64,000 nt of DNA, from positions 8,122,001 to 8,186,000 of the forward strand of contig OZ024741.1 of NCBI GenBank assembly GCA_964016885.1, written 5' to 3'. The notes below the pieces were generated by a model. It was not told the DNA's origin and ran no database searches. It was given only the letters and a program-made list of their open reading frames with translations. How positions within the stretch are numbered: the first letter of the stretch is position 1; every line of letters starts with the position of its first letter. A program made the position numbers and the translations under genes. This document shows positions 40,401 through 55,400 of this stretch, in pieces. This stretch comes from Eledone cirrhosa. Taxonomy: Eukaryota.

Positions 40401-43400
40401 GTGAGGCCAGGTCAGTCTGTTGACCAACCACCAGACAGTGTGGCCAGGTCTGTCTGTTGACTAACCACCAGACAGTGTGGCAAGGTCTGTCTGTTGACCA
40501 ACCACCAGACAGTGTGGCCAGGTCTGTCTGTTGACCAACCACCAGACAGTGTGGCCAGGTCTGTCTGTTGACCAATCACCACAGAGTGTGGCCATGTCTG
40601 TCTGTTGACCAACCACCAGACAGTGTGGCCAGGTCTGTCTGTTGACCAATCACCACAGAGTGTGGCCATGTCTGTCTGTTGACCAACCACCAGACAGTGA
40701 GGCCAGGTCAGTCTGTTGACCAACCACCAGAGAGTATGGCATGGTCTGTCTGTTGACCAACCACCAGACAGTGTGGCCAGGTCTGTCTGTTGACCAACCA
40801 CCAGACAGTGTGGCCAGGTCTGTCTGTTGACCAATCACCACAGAGTGTGGCCATGTCTGTCTGTTGACCAACCACCAGACAGTGTGGCCAAGTCTGTCTG
40901 TTGACCAATCACCAGACAGTGTGGCCAGGTCTGTCTGTTGACCAATCACACGACAGTTTGGCCAGGTGTGTCTGTTGACCAACCACCAGCCAGTGTGGCC
41001 AGGTCTGTCTGTTAACCAATCACCAGGCAGTGTGGCCATGTCTGTCTGTTGACCAACCACTAGCCAGTGTGGCCGGGTATGTCTGTTAACCAACCACCAG
41101 ACAGTATGGCCAGGTCTGTATGTTGACCAAACACCAGACAGTGTGGCCAGGTCTGTCTGTTGACCAATCACCAGACAGTGTGTCCAGGTCTGTCTGTTGG
41201 CCAACCACCAGACAGTGTGGCCAGGTCTGTCTGTTGACCAATCACCAGAGAGTGTGGCCAGGTCTGTCTGTTGGCCAATCACAAGACAGTGTGGCCAGGT
41301 CTGTCTGTTGACCAATAACCAGACAGTGTGTCCAGGTCTGTCTGTTGACCAACCACCAGACAGTGTGGCCAGGTCTGTCTGTTGACCAACCACCAGACAG
41401 TGTGACCAGGTCTGTCTGTTGACCAATCACCAGACAGTTTGGCCAGGTCTGTCTGTTGACCAATCACACGACAGTGTGGCCAGGTGTGTCTGTTGACCAA
41501 TCACCAGACAGTGTGGCCAGGTCTGTCTGTTGACCAACCACCAGGTAGTGTGGCCAGGTCTGTCTGTCGACCAACCACCAGACAGTGTGGCCAGGTCTGT
41601 CTGTTGACCAACCACTAGACAGTGAGGCCAGGTCAGTCTGTTGACCAACCACCAGACAGTGTGGCCAGGTCTGTCTGTTGACCAACCACCAGACAGTGTG
41701 GCCAGGTCTGTCTGTTGACCAACCACCAGACAGTGAGGCCAGTTCAGTCTGTTGACCAACCAGCAGCCAGTGTGGCCAGGTCTGTCTGTTGACCAATCAC
41801 CAGACAGTGTGGCCAGGTCTGTCTGTTGACCAATCACACGACAGTGTGGCAAGGTCTGTCTGTTGACCAATCACCAGAGAGTGTGGCCATGTCTGTCTGT
41901 TGACTAACCACCAGACAGTATGGCCAGGTCTGTCTGTTGACCAACCACCAGACAGTGTGGCCAGGTCTGTCTGTTGACCAACCACCAGCCAGTGTGGCCA
42001 GATCTGTCTGTTAACCAATCACCAGCCAGTGTGGCCAGGTCTGTCTGTTAACCAATCACCAGACAGTGTGGCCATGTCTGTCTGTTGACTAACTACCAGA
42101 CGGTCTGGCTTGGTCTGTCTGTTGACCAATCACCACAGAGTGTGACCAGGTCTCTCTGTTGACCAACCACCAGCCAGTGTGGCCAGGTGTGTCTGTTGAC
42201 CAATCACCAGACGGTGTGGCCTGGTCTGTCTGTTGACCAATCATCAGAGAGTGTGGCCGGGTCTGTCTGTTGACCAACCACCAGACAGTGTGGCCAGGTC
42301 TGTCTTTTAACCAATCACCAGACAGTGTGGCCATGTCTGTCTGTTGACTAACTACCAGACGGTCTGGCCTGGTCTGTCTGATGACCAATCACCACAGAGT
42401 GTGACCAGGTCTCTCTGTTGACCAACCACCAGACAGTGTGGCCAGGTCTGTCTGTTGACCAACCACCAGACAGTGTGGCCAGGTCTGTCTGTTGACCAAA
42501 AACAAGACAGTCTGGCCAGGTCTATCTGTTGACCAGTCACCAGACAGTGTGGCCTGGTCTGTCTGTTGACCAACAACCAGACAGTGTGGCCAGGTCTGTC
42601 TGTTGACCAATCACAAGACAGTGTGGCCAGGTGTGTCTGTTGACCAATCACCAGACAATATGGCCAGGTCTGTCTGTTGACTAACCACCAGACAGTGTGA
42701 ACAGGTCTGTCTGTTGACCACTCACCAGACGGTGTAGCCAGGTCTGTCTGTTGACCAATCACCAGACAGTGAGGCCATGTCAGTCTGTTGACCAACCACC
42801 AGAGATTGTGGCAAGATCTGTCTGTTGACCAACCACCAGACAGTGTGGCCAGGTCTGTCTGTTGACCAACCACCAGACAGTGTTGCCAGGTCTGTCTGTT
42901 GACCAACCACCAGACAGTGAGGCCAGGTCAGTCTGTTGACCAACCACCAGAGAGTATGGCAAGGTATGTCTGTTGACCAACCACCAGACAGTGTGGCCAG
43001 GTCTGTCTGTTGACCAACCACCAGACAGTGTGGCCAGGTCTGACTGTTGACCAACCACCAGACAGTGTGGCCAGGTCTGTCTGTTGACCAACCACCAGAC
43101 AGTGTGGCCAGGTCTGTCTGTTGACCAATCACCACAGAGTGTGGCCATGTCTGTCTGTTGACCAACCACCAGACAGTGTGGCCAAGTCTGTCTGTTGACC
43201 AATCACCAGACAGTGTGGCCAGGTCTGTCTGTTGACCAATCACACGACAGTTTGGCCAGGTGTGTCTGTTGACCAACCACCAGCCAGTGTGGCCAGGTCT
43301 GTCTGTTAACCAATCACCAGACAGTGTGGCCATGTCTGTCTGTTGACCAACCACCAGTCAGTGTGGCCAGGTCTGTCTGTTAACCAACCACCAGACAGTA

Positions 43401-46400
43401 TGGCCAGGTCTGTCTGTTGACCAAACACCAGACAGTGTGGCCAGGTCTGTCTGTTGACCAATCACCAGACAGTGTGTCCAGGTCTGTCTGTTGGCCAACC
43501 ACCAGACAGTGTGGCCAGGTCTGTCTGTTGACCAATCACCAGACAGTGTGGCCAGGTCTGTCTGTTGGCCAATCACAAGACAGTGTGGCCAGGTCTGTCT
43601 GTTGACCAATAACCAGACAGTGTGTGCAGGTCTGTCTGTTGACCAACCACCAGACAGTGTGGCCAGGTCTGTCTGTTGACCAACCACCAGACAGTGTGAC
43701 CAGGTCTGTCTGTTGACCAATCACCAGACAGTGTGGCCAGGTCTGTCTGTTGACCAATCACACGACAGTGTGGCCAGGTGTGTCTGTTGACCAATCACCA
43801 GACAGTGTGGCCAGGTCTGTCTGTTGACCAACCACCAGACAGTGTGGCCAGGTCTGTCTGTTGACCAACCACCAGACAGTGTGACCAGGTCTGTCTGTTG
43901 ACCAACCACCAGACAGTGTGGCCAGGTCTGTCTGTTGACCAACCACCAGACAGTGTGGCCAGGTCTGTCTGTCGACCAACCACCAGACAGTGTGGCCAGG
44001 TCTGTCTGTTGACCAACCACTAGACAGTGAGGCCAGGTCAGTCTGTTGACCAACCACCAGACAGTGTGACCAGGTCTGTCTGTTGACCAACCACCAGACA
44101 GTGTGGCCAGGTCTGTCTGTTGACCAACCACCAGACAGTGAGGCCAGTTCAGTCTGTTGACCAACCAGCAGCCAGTGTGGACAGGTCTGTCTGTTGACCA
44201 ATCACCAGACAGTGTGGCCAGGTGTGTCTGTTGACAAATCACACGACAGTGTGGCAAGGTCTGTCTGTTGACCAATCACCAGAGAGTGTGGCCATGTCTG
44301 TCTGTTGACTAACCACCAGAGAGTATGGCCAGGTCTGTCTGTTGACCAACCACCAGACAGTGTGGCCAGGTCTGTCTGTTGACCAACCACCAGCCAGTGT
44401 GGCCAGGTCTGTCTGTTAACCAATCACCAGACAGTGTGGCCATGTCTGTCTGTTGACTAACTACCAGACGGTCTGACCTGGTCTGTCTGTTGACCAATCA
44501 CCACAGAGTGTGACCAGGTCTCTCTGTTGACCAACCACCAGCCAGTGTGGCCAGGTGTGTCTGTTGACCAATCACCAGACGGTCTGGCCTGGTCTGTCTG
44601 TTGACCAATCATCAGAGAGTGTGGCCGGGTCTGTCTGTTGACCAACCACGAGACAGTGTGGCCAGGTCTGTCTGTTAACCAATCACCAGACAGTGTGGCC
44701 GGGTCTGTCTGTTGACCAACCACCAGACGGTGTGGCCAGGTCTGTCTGTTAACCAATCACCAGACAGTGTGGCCATGTCTGTCTGTTGACTAACTACCAG
44801 ACGGTCTGGCCTGGTCTGTCTGATGACCAATCACCACAGAGTGTGACCAGGTCTCTCTGTTGACCAACCACCAGACAGTGTGGCCAGGTCTGTCTGTTGA
44901 CCAAAAACAAGACAGTCTGGCCAGGTCTATCTGTTGACCAGTCACCAGACAGTGTGGCCTGGTCTGTCTGTTGACCAACAACCAGACAGTGTGGCCAGGT
45001 CTGTCTGTTGACCAATCACAAGACAGTGTGGCCAGGTGTGTCTGTTGACCAATCACCAGACAATATGGCCAGGTCTGTCTGTTGACCAGTCACCAGACAG
45101 TGTGGCCAGGTCTGTCTGTTGACCAACTACCAGACAGTGTGGCCAGGTCTGTCTGTTGACCAACCACCAGACAGTGTGGCAAGGTCTGTCTGTTGACCAC
45201 TCACCAGACGGTGTAGCCAGGTCTGTCTGTTGACCAATCACCAGACAGTGAGGCCAGGTCTGTCTGTTGACCAAACACCAGACGGTGTAGCCAGGTCTGT
45301 CTGTTGACCAACCACCAGAGAGTGTGGCCAGGTCTGTCTGTTGACCACTCACCAGACGGTGTAGCCAGGTCTGTCTTTTGACCAATCACCAGACAGTGAG
45401 GCCAGGTCTGTCTGTTGACCAACCACCAGACGGTGTAGCCAGGTCTGTCTGTTGACGAACCACCAGAGAGTGTGGCCAGGTCTGTCTGTTGACCAACCAC
45501 CAGACAGTGTGGCCAGGTCTGTCTGTGACCAAAAACAAGACAGTCTGGCCAGGTCTGTCTGTTGACCAATCACCAGACAGTTTGGCCAGGTCTGTCTGTT
45601 GACCAATCACACGACAGTGTGGCCAGGTGTGTCTGTTGACCAATCACCAGACAGTGTGGCCAGGTCTGTCTGTTGACCAACCACCAGGCAGTGTGGCCAG
45701 GTCTGTCTGTCGACCAACCACCAGACAGTGTGGCCAGGTCTGTCTGTTGACCAACCACTAGACAGTGAGGCCAGGTCAGTCTGTTGACCAACCACCAGAC
45801 AGTGTGGCCAGGTCTGTCTGTTGACCAACCACCAGACAGTGTGGCCAGGTCTGTCTGTTGACCAACCACCAGACAGTGAGGCCAGTTCAGTCTGTTGACC
45901 AACCAGCAGCCAGTGTGGCCAGGTCTGTCTGTTGACCAATCACCAGACAGTGTGGCCAGGTCTGTCTGTTGACCAATCACACGACAGTGTGGCAAGGTCT
46001 GTCTGTTGACCAATCACCAGAGAGTGTGGCCATGTCTGTCTGTTGACCAACCACCAGCCAGTGTGGCCAGGTCTGTCTGTTAACCAATCACCAGACAGTG
46101 TGGCCATGTCTGTCTGTTGACTAACTACCAGACGGTCTGGCTTGGTCTGTCTGTTGACCAATCACCACAGAGTGTGACCAGGTCTCTCTGTTGACCAACC
46201 ACCAGCCAGTGTGGCCAGGTGTGTCTGTTGACCAATCACCAGACGGTGTGGCCTGGTCTGTCTGTTGACCAATCATCAGAGAGTGTGGCCGGGTCTGTCT
46301 GTTGACCAACCACCAGACAGTGTGGCCAGGTCTGTCTGTTAACCAATCACCAGACAGTGTGGCCATGTCTGTCTGTTGACTAACTACCAGACGGTCTGGC

Positions 46401-49400
46401 CTGGTCTGTCTGATGACCAATCACCACAGAGTGTGACCAGGTCTCTCTGTTGACCAACCACCAGACAGTGTGGCCAGGTCTGTCTGTTGACCAACCACCA
46501 GACAGTGTGGCCAGGTCTGTCTGTTGACCAAAAACAAGACAGTCTGGCCAGGTCTGTCTGTTGACCAGTCACCAGACAGTGTGGCCTGGTCTGTCTGTTG
46601 ACCAACAACCAGACAGTGTGGCCAGGTCTGTCTGTTGACCAATCACCAGACAATATGGCCAGGTCTGTCTGTTGACTAACCACCAGACAGTGTGAACAGG
46701 TCTGTCTGTTGACCACTCACCAGACGGTGTAGCCAGGTCTGTCTGTTGACCAATCACCAGACAGTGAGGCCATGTCAGTCTGTTGACCAACCACCAGAGA
46801 TTGTGGCAAGATCTGTCTGTTGACCAACCACCAGACAGTGTGGCCAGGTCTATCTGTTGACCAACCACCAGACAGTGTTGCCAGGTCTGTCTGTTGACCA
46901 ACCACCAGACAGTGAGGCAAGGTCAGTCTGTTGACCAACCACCAGAGAGTATGGCAAGGTATGTCTGTTGACCAACCACCAGACAGTGTGGCCAGGTCTG
47001 TCTGTTGACCAACCACCAGACAGTGTGGCCAGGTCTGACTGTTGACCAACCACCAGACAGTGTGGCCAGGTCTGTCTGTTGACCAACCACCAGACAGTGT
47101 GGCCAGGTCTGTCTGTTGACCAATCACCACAGAGTGTGGCCATGTCTGTCTGTTGACCAACCACCAGACAGTGTGGCCAAGTCTGTCTGTTGACCAATCA
47201 CCAGACAGTGTGGCCAGGTCTGTCTGTTGACCAATCACACGACAGTTTGGCCAGGTGTGTCTGTTGACCAACCACCAGCCAGTGTGGCCAGGTCTGTCTG
47301 TTAACCAATCACCAGACAGTGTGGCCATGTCTGTCTGTTGACCAACCACCAGCCAGTGTGGCCAGGTCTGTCTGTTAACCAACCACCAGACAGTGTGGCC
47401 AGGTCTGTCTGTTGGCCAATCACAAGACAGTGTGGCCAGGTCTGTCTGTTGACCAATAACCAGACAGTGTGGCCAGGTCTGTCTGTTGACCAACCACCAG
47501 AGAGTGTGACCAGGTCTGTCTGTTGACCAATCACCAGACAGTGTGGCCAGGTCTGTCTGTTGACCAATCACACGACAGTGTGGCCAGGTGTGTCTGTTGA
47601 CCAATCACCAGACAGTGTGGCCAGGTCTGTCTGTTGACCAACCACCAGACAGTGTGGCCAGGTCTGTCTGTTGACCAACCACCAGACAGTGTGACCAGGT
47701 CTGTCTGTTGACCAACCACCAGACAGTGTGGCCAGGTCTGTCTGTTGACCAACCACCAGACAGTGTGGCCAGGTCTGTCTGTCGACCAACCACCAGACAG
47801 TGTGGCCAGGTCTGTCTGTTGACCAACCACTAGACAGTGAGGCCAGGTCAGTCTGTTGACCAACCACCAGACAGTGAGGCCAGTTCAGTCTGTTGACCAA
47901 CCAGCAGCCAGTGTGGACAGGTCTGTCTGTTGACCAATCACCAGACAGTGTGGCCAGGTGTGTCTGTTGACAAATCACACGACAGTGTGGCAAGGTCTGT
48001 CTGTTGACCAATCACCAGAGAGTGTGGCCATGTCTGTCTGTTGACTAACCACCAGACAGTATGGCCAGGTCTGTCTGTTGACCAACCACCAGACAGTGTG
48101 GCCAGGTCTGTCTGTTGACCAACCACCAGCCAGTGTGGCCAGGTCTGTCTGTTAACCAATCACCAGACAGTGTGGCCATGTCTGTCTGTTGACTAACTAC
48201 CAGACGGTCTGACCTGGTCTGTCTGTTGACCAATCACCACAGAGTGTGACCAGGTCTCTCTGTTGACCAACCACCAGCCAGTGTGGCCAGGTGTGTCTGT
48301 TGACCAATCACCAGACGGTCTGGCCTGGTCTGTCTGTTGACCAATCATCAGAGAGTGTGGCCGGGTCTGTCTGTTGACCAACCACGAGACAGTGTGGCCA
48401 GGTCTGTCTGTTAACCAATCACCAGACAGTGTGGCCATGTCTGTCTGTTGACTAACTACCAGACGGTCTGGCCTGGTCTGTCTGTTGACCAATCACCACA
48501 GAGTGTGACCAGGTCTCTCTGTTGACCAACCACCAGCCAGTGTGGCCAGGTGTGTCTGTTGACCAATCACCAGACGGTCTGGCCTGGTCTGTCTGTTGAC
48601 CAATCATCAGAGAGTGTGGCCGGGTCTGTCTGTTGACCAACCACCAGACGGTGTGGCCAGGTCTGTCTGTTAACCAATCACCAGACAGTGTGGCCATGTC
48701 TGTCTGTTGACTAACTACCAGACGGTCTGGCCTGGTCTGTCTGATGACCAATCACCACAGAGTGTGACCAGGTCTCTCTGTTGACCAACCACCAGACAGT
48801 GTGGCCAGGTCTGTCTGTTGACCAAAAACAAGACAGTCTGGCCAGGTCTATCTGTTGACCAGTCACCAGACAGTGTGGCCTGGTCTGTCTGTTGACCAAC
48901 AACCAGACAGTGTGGCCAGGTCTGTCTGTTGACCAATCACAAGACAGTGTGGCCAGGTGTGTCTGTTGACCAATCACCAGACAATATGGCCAGGTCTGTC
49001 TGTTGACCAGTCACCAGACAGTGTGGCCAGGTCTGTCTGTTGACCAACCACCAGACAGTGTGGCCAGGTCTGTCTGTTGACCAACCACCAGACAGTGTGG
49101 CCAGGTCTGTCTGTTGACCACTCACCAGACGGTGTAGCCAGGTCTGTCTGTTGACCAATCACCAGACAGTGAGGCCAGGTCTGTCTGTTGACCAACCACC
49201 AGACGGTGTAGCCAGGTCTGTCTGTTGACCAACCACCAGAGAGTGTGGCCAGGTCTGTCTGTTGACCACCCACCAGACGGTGTAGCCAGGTCTGTCTGTT
49301 GACCAATCACCAGACAGTGAGGCCAGGTCTGTCTGTTGACCAACCACCAGACGGTGTAGCCAGGTCTGTCTGTTGACCAATCATCAGAGAGTGTGGCCGG

Positions 49401-52400
49401 GTCTGTCTGTTGACGAACCACCAGAGAGTGTGGCCAGGTCTGTCTGTTGACCAACCACCAGACAGTGTGGCCAGGTCTGTCTGTGACCAAAAACAAGACA
49501 GTCTGGCCAGGTCTATCTGTTGACCAGTCACCAGACAGTGTGGCCTGGTCTGTCTGTTGACCAACAACCAGACAGTGTGGCCAGGTCTGTCTGTTGACCA
49601 ATCACAAGACAGTGTGGCCAGGTGTGTCTGTTGACCAATCACCAGACAATATGGCCAGGTCTGTCTGTTGACTAACCACCAGACAGTGTGGCCAGGTCTG
49701 TCTGTTGACCACTCACCCGACAGTGTGGTCAGGTCTATCTGTTGACCAGTCACCAGACAGTGTGGCCAGGTCTGTCTGTTGACCAACCACCAGACAGTGT
49801 GATCAGGTCTGTCTGTTGACCACTCACCAGACGGTGTAGCCAGGTCTGTCTGTTGACCAATCACCAGACAGTGAGGCCATGTCAGTCTGTTGACCAACCA
49901 CCAGAGATTGTGGCAAGGTCTGTCTGTTGACCAACCACCAGACAGTGCGGCCAGGTCTGTCTGTTGACCAACCACCAGACAGTGTGGCCAGGTCTGTCTG
50001 TTGACCAACCACCAGACAGTGAGGCCAGGTCTGTCTGTTGACCAACCACCAGAGAGTATGGCAAGGTCTGTCTGTTGACCAACCACCAGACAGTGTGGCC
50101 AGGTCTGTCTGTTGACCAACCACCAGACAGTGTGGCCAGGTCTGACTGTTGACCAACCACCAGACAGTGTGGCCAGGTCTGTCTGTTGACCAACCACCAG
50201 ACAGTGTGGCCAGGTCTGTCTGTTGACCAATCACCACAGAGTGTGGCCATGTCTGTCTGTTGACCAACCACCAGACAGTGTGGCCAAGTCTGTCTGTTGA
50301 CCAATCACCAGACAGTGTGGCCAGGTCTGTCTGTTGACCAATCACACGACAGTTTGGCCAGGTGTGTCTGTTGACCAACCACCAGCCAGTGTGGCCAGGT
50401 CTGTCTGTTAACCAATCACCAGACAGTGTGGCCATGTCTGTCTGTTGACCAACCACCAGCCAGTGTGGCCAGGTCTGTCTGTTAACCAACCACCAGACAG
50501 TATGGCCAGGTCTGTCTGTTGACCAAACACCAGACAGTGTGGCCAGGTCTGTCTGTTGACCAATCACCAGACAGTGTGTCCAGGTCTGTCTGTTGGCCAA
50601 CCACCAGACAGTGTGGCCAGGTCTGTCTGTTGACCAACCACCAGACAGTGTGACCAGGTCTGTCTGTTGACCAATCACCAGACAGTGTGGCCAGGTCTGT
50701 CTGTTGACCAATCACACGACAGTGTGGCCAGGTGTGTCTGCTGACCAATCACCAGACAGTGTGGCCAGGTCTGTCTGTTGACCAACCACCAGACAGTGTG
50801 GCCAGGTCTGTCTGTTGACCAACCACCAGACAGTGTGACCAGGTCTGTCTGTTGACCAATCACACGACAGTGTGGCCAGGTGTGTCTGTTGACCAATCAC
50901 CAGACAGTGTGGCCAGGTCTGTCTGTTGACCAACCACCAGACAGTGTGTCCAGGTCTGTCTGTTGACCAACCACCAGACAGTGTGGCCAGGTCTGTCTGT
51001 TGACCAACCACCAGACAGTGTGGCCAGGTCTGTCTGTCGACCAACCACCAGACAGTGTGGCCAGGTCTGTCTGTTGACCAACCACTAGACAGTGAGGCCA
51101 GGTCAGTCTGTTGACCAACCACCAGACAGTGTGACCAGGTCTGTCTGTTGACCAACCACCAGACAGTGTGGCCAGGTCTGTCTGTTGACCAACCACCAGA
51201 CAGTGAGGCCAGTTCAGTCTGTTGACCAACCAGCAGCCAGTGTGGACAGGTCTGTCTGTTGACCAATCACCAGACAGTGTGGCCAGGTCTGTCTGTTGAC
51301 AAATCACACGACAGTGTGGCAAGGTCTGTCTGTTGACCAATCACCAGAGAGTGTGGCCATGTCTGTCTGTTGACTAACCACCAGACAGTATGGCCAGGTC
51401 TGTCTGTTGACCAACCACCAGACAGTGTGGCCAGGTCTGTCTGTTGACCAACCACCAGACAGTGTGGCCAGGTCTGTCTGTTGACCAACCACCTGACAGT
51501 ATGGCCAGGTCTGTCTGTTGACCAACCACCAGCCAGTGTGGCCAGGTCTGTCTGTTAACCAATCACCAGACAGTGTGGCCATGTCTGTCTGTTGACTAAC
51601 TACCAGACGGTCTGGCCTGGTCTGTCTGTTGACCAATCACCACAGAGTGTGACCAGGTCTCTCTGTTGACCAACCACCAGCCAGTGTGGCCAGGTGTGTC
51701 TGTTGACCAATCACCACCAGACGGTCTGGCCTGGTCTGTCTGTTGACCAATCATCAGAGAGTGTGGCCGGGTCTGTCTGTTGACTAACCACCAGACAGTG
51801 TGGCCTGGTCTGTCTGATGACCAATCACCACAGAGTGTGACCAGGTCTCTCTGTTGACCAACCACCAGACAGTGTGGCCAGGTCTGTCTGTTGACCAACC
51901 ACCAGACAGTGTGGCCAGGTCTGTCTGTTGACCAAAAACAAGACAGTCTGGCCAGGTGTGTCTGTTGACCAATCACCAGACAGTGTGGCCAGGTCTGTCT
52001 GTTGACCAACCACCAGACAGTGTGTCCAGGTCTGTCTGTTGACCAACCACCAGACAGTGTGGCCAGGTCTGTCTGTTGACCAACCACCAGACAGTGTGGC
52101 CAGGTCTGTCTGTCGACCAACCACCAGACAGTGTGGCCAGGTCTGTCTGTTGACCAACCACTAGACAGTGAGGCCAGGTCAGTCTGTTGACCAACCACCA
52201 GACAGTGTGACCAGGTCTGTCTGTTGACCAACCACCAGACAGTGTGGCCAGGTCTGTCTGTTGACCAACCACCAGACAGTGAGGCCAGTTCAGTCTGTTG
52301 ACCAACCAGCAGCCAGTGTGGACAGGTCTGTCTGTTGACCAATCACCAGACAGTGTGGCCAGGTCTGTCTGTTGACAAATCACACGACAGTGTGGCAAGG

Positions 52401-55400
52401 TCTGTCTGTTGACCAATCACCAGAGAGTGTGGCCATGTCTGTCTGTTGACTAACCACCAGACAGTATGGCCAGGTCTGTCTGTTGACCAACCACCAGACA
52501 GTGTGGCCAGGTCTGTCTGTTGACCAACCACCAGACAGTGTGGCCAGGTCTGTCTGTTGACCAACCACCAGACAGTGAGGCCAGTTCAGTCTGTTGACCA
52601 ACCAGCAGCCAGTGTGGACAGGTCTGTCTGTTGACCAATCACCAGACAGTGTGGCCAGGTCTGTCTGTTGACAAATCACACGACAGTGTGGCAAGGTCTG
52701 TCTGTTGACCAATCACCAGAGAGTGTGGCCATGTCTGTCTGTTAACTAACCACCAGACAGTGTGGCCAGGTCTGTCTGTTGTCCAACCACCAGCCAGTGT
52801 GGCCAGGTCTGTCTGTTAACCAACCACCAGACAGTATGGCCAGGTCTGTCTGTTGACCAACCACCTGACAGTATGGCCAGGTCTGTCTGTTGACCAACCA
52901 CCAGCCAGTGTGGCCAGGTCTGTCTGTTAACCAATCACCAGACAGTGTGGCCATGTCTGTCTGTTGACTAACTACCAGACGGTCTGGCCTGGTCTGTCTG
53001 TTGACCAATCACCACAGAGTGTGACCAGGTCTCTCTGTTGACCAACCACCAGCCAGTGTGGCCAGGTGTGTCTGTTGACCAATCACCACCAGACGGTCTG
53101 GCCTGGTCTGTCTGTTGACCAATCATCAGAGAGTGTGGCCGGGTCTGTCTGTTGACTAACCACCAGACAGTGTGGCCTGGTCTGTCTGATGACCAATCAC
53201 CACAGAGTGTGACCAGGTCTCTCTGTTGACCAACCACCAGACAGTGTGGCCAGGTCTGTCTGTTGACCAACCACCAGACAGTGTGGCCAGGTCTGTCTGT
53301 TGACCAAAAACAAGACAGTCTGGCCAGGTCTATCTGTTGACCAGTCACCAGACAGTGTGGCCTGGTCTGTCTGTTGACCAACAACCAGACAGTGTAGCCA
53401 GGTCTGTCTGTTGACCAATCACAAGACAGTGTGGCCAGGTGTGTCTGTTGACCAATCACCAGACAATATGGCCAGGTCTGTCTGTTGACCAGTCACCAGA
53501 CAGTGTGGCCAGGTCTGTCTGTTGACCAACCACCAGACAGTGTGGCCAGGTCTGTCTGTTGACCAACCACCAGACAGTGTGGCAAGGTCTGTCTGTTGAC
53601 CACTCACCAGACGGTGTAGCCAGGTCTGTCTGTTGACCAATCACCAGACAGTGAGGCCAGGTCTGTCTGTTGACCAACCACCAGACGGTGTAGCCAGGTC
53701 TGTCTGTTGACCAACCACCAGAGAGTGTGGCCAGGTCTGTCTGTTGACCACTCACCAGACGGTGTAGCCAGGTCTGTCTGTTGACCAATCACCAGACAGT
53801 GAGGCCAGGTTTGTCTGTTGACCAACCACCAGACGGTGTAGCCAGGTCTGTCTGTTGACCAACCACCAGAGAGTGTGGCCAGGTCTGTCTGTGACCAAAA
53901 TCAAGACAGTCTGGCCAGGTCTGTCTGTTGACCAATCATCAGATAGTGTGGCCAGGTCTGTCTGTTGACCAATCACCAGAGAGTGTGGCCAGGTCTATCT
54001 GTTGACCAGTCACCAGACAGTGTGGCCAGGTCTGTCTGTTGACCAACCACCATACAGTGAGGCCAGGTCAGTCTGTTGAACAACCACCAGACAGTGTGGC
54101 CAGGTCTGTCTGTTGACCAACCACCAGACAGTGTGGCCAGGTCTGTCTGTTGACCAACCACCAGACAGTGTGGCCAGGTCTGTCTGTTGACCAACCACCA
54201 GACAGTGTGGCCAGGTCTGTCTGTTGACCAACCACCAGACAGTGTGGCCAGGTCTGTCTGTTGACCAACCACCAGACAGTGAGGCCAGGTCTGTCTGTTG
54301 ACCAACCACCAGACAGTGTGGCAAGGTCTGTCTGTTGACCAACCACCAGACAGTGTGGCCAGGTCTGTCTGTTGACCAACCACCAGACAGTGTGGCCAGG
54401 TCTGTCTGTTGACCAACCACCAGACAGTGAGGCCAGGTCAGTCTGTTGACCAACCACCACAGAGTATGGCAAGGTCTGTCTGTTGACCAACCACCAGACA
54501 GTGTGACCAGGTCTGTCTGTTGACCAACCACCAGCCAGTGTGGCCAGGTCTGTCTGTTAACCAATCACCAGTCAGTGTGGCCATGTCTGTCTGTTGACTA
54601 ACCACCAGACTGTATGGCCAGGTCTGTCTGTTGACCAATCATCAGAGAGTGTGGCCGGGTCTGTCTGTTGACCCACCACCAGACAGTGTGGCCAGGTCTG
54701 TCTGTTGACCAACCACCATACAGTGAGGCCAGGTCAGTCTGTTGAACAACCACCAGACAGTGTGGCCAGGTCTGTCTGTTGACCAACCACCAGACAGTGT
54801 GGCCAGGTCTGTCTGTTGACCAACCACCAGACAGTGTGGCCAGGTCTGTCTGTTGACCAACCACCAGACAGTGTGGCCAGGTCTGTCTGTTGACCAACCA
54901 CCAGACAGTGTGGCCAGGTCTGTCTGTTGACCAACCACCAGACAGTGAGGCCAGGTCTGTCTGTTGACCAACCACCAGACAGTGTGGCAAGGTCTGTCTG
55001 TTGACCAACCACCAGACAGTGTGGCCAGGTCTGTCTGTTGACCAACCACCAGACAGTGTGGCCAGGTCTGTCTGTTGACCAACCACCAGACAGTGAGGCC
55101 AGGTCAGTCTGTTGACCAACCACCACAGAGTATGGCAAGGTCTGTCTGTTGACCAACCACCAGACAGTGTGACCAGGTCTGTCTGTTGACCAACCACCAG
55201 CCAGTGTGGCCAGGTCTGTCTGTTAACCAATCACCAGTCAGTGTGGCCATGTCTGTCTGTTGACTAACCACCAGACTGTATGGCCAGGTCTGTCTGTTGA
55301 CCAATCATCAGAGAGTGTGGCCGGGTCTGTCTGTTGACCCACCACCAGACAGTGTGGCCAGGTCTGTCTGTTAACCAATCACCAGACAGTGTGGCCATGT

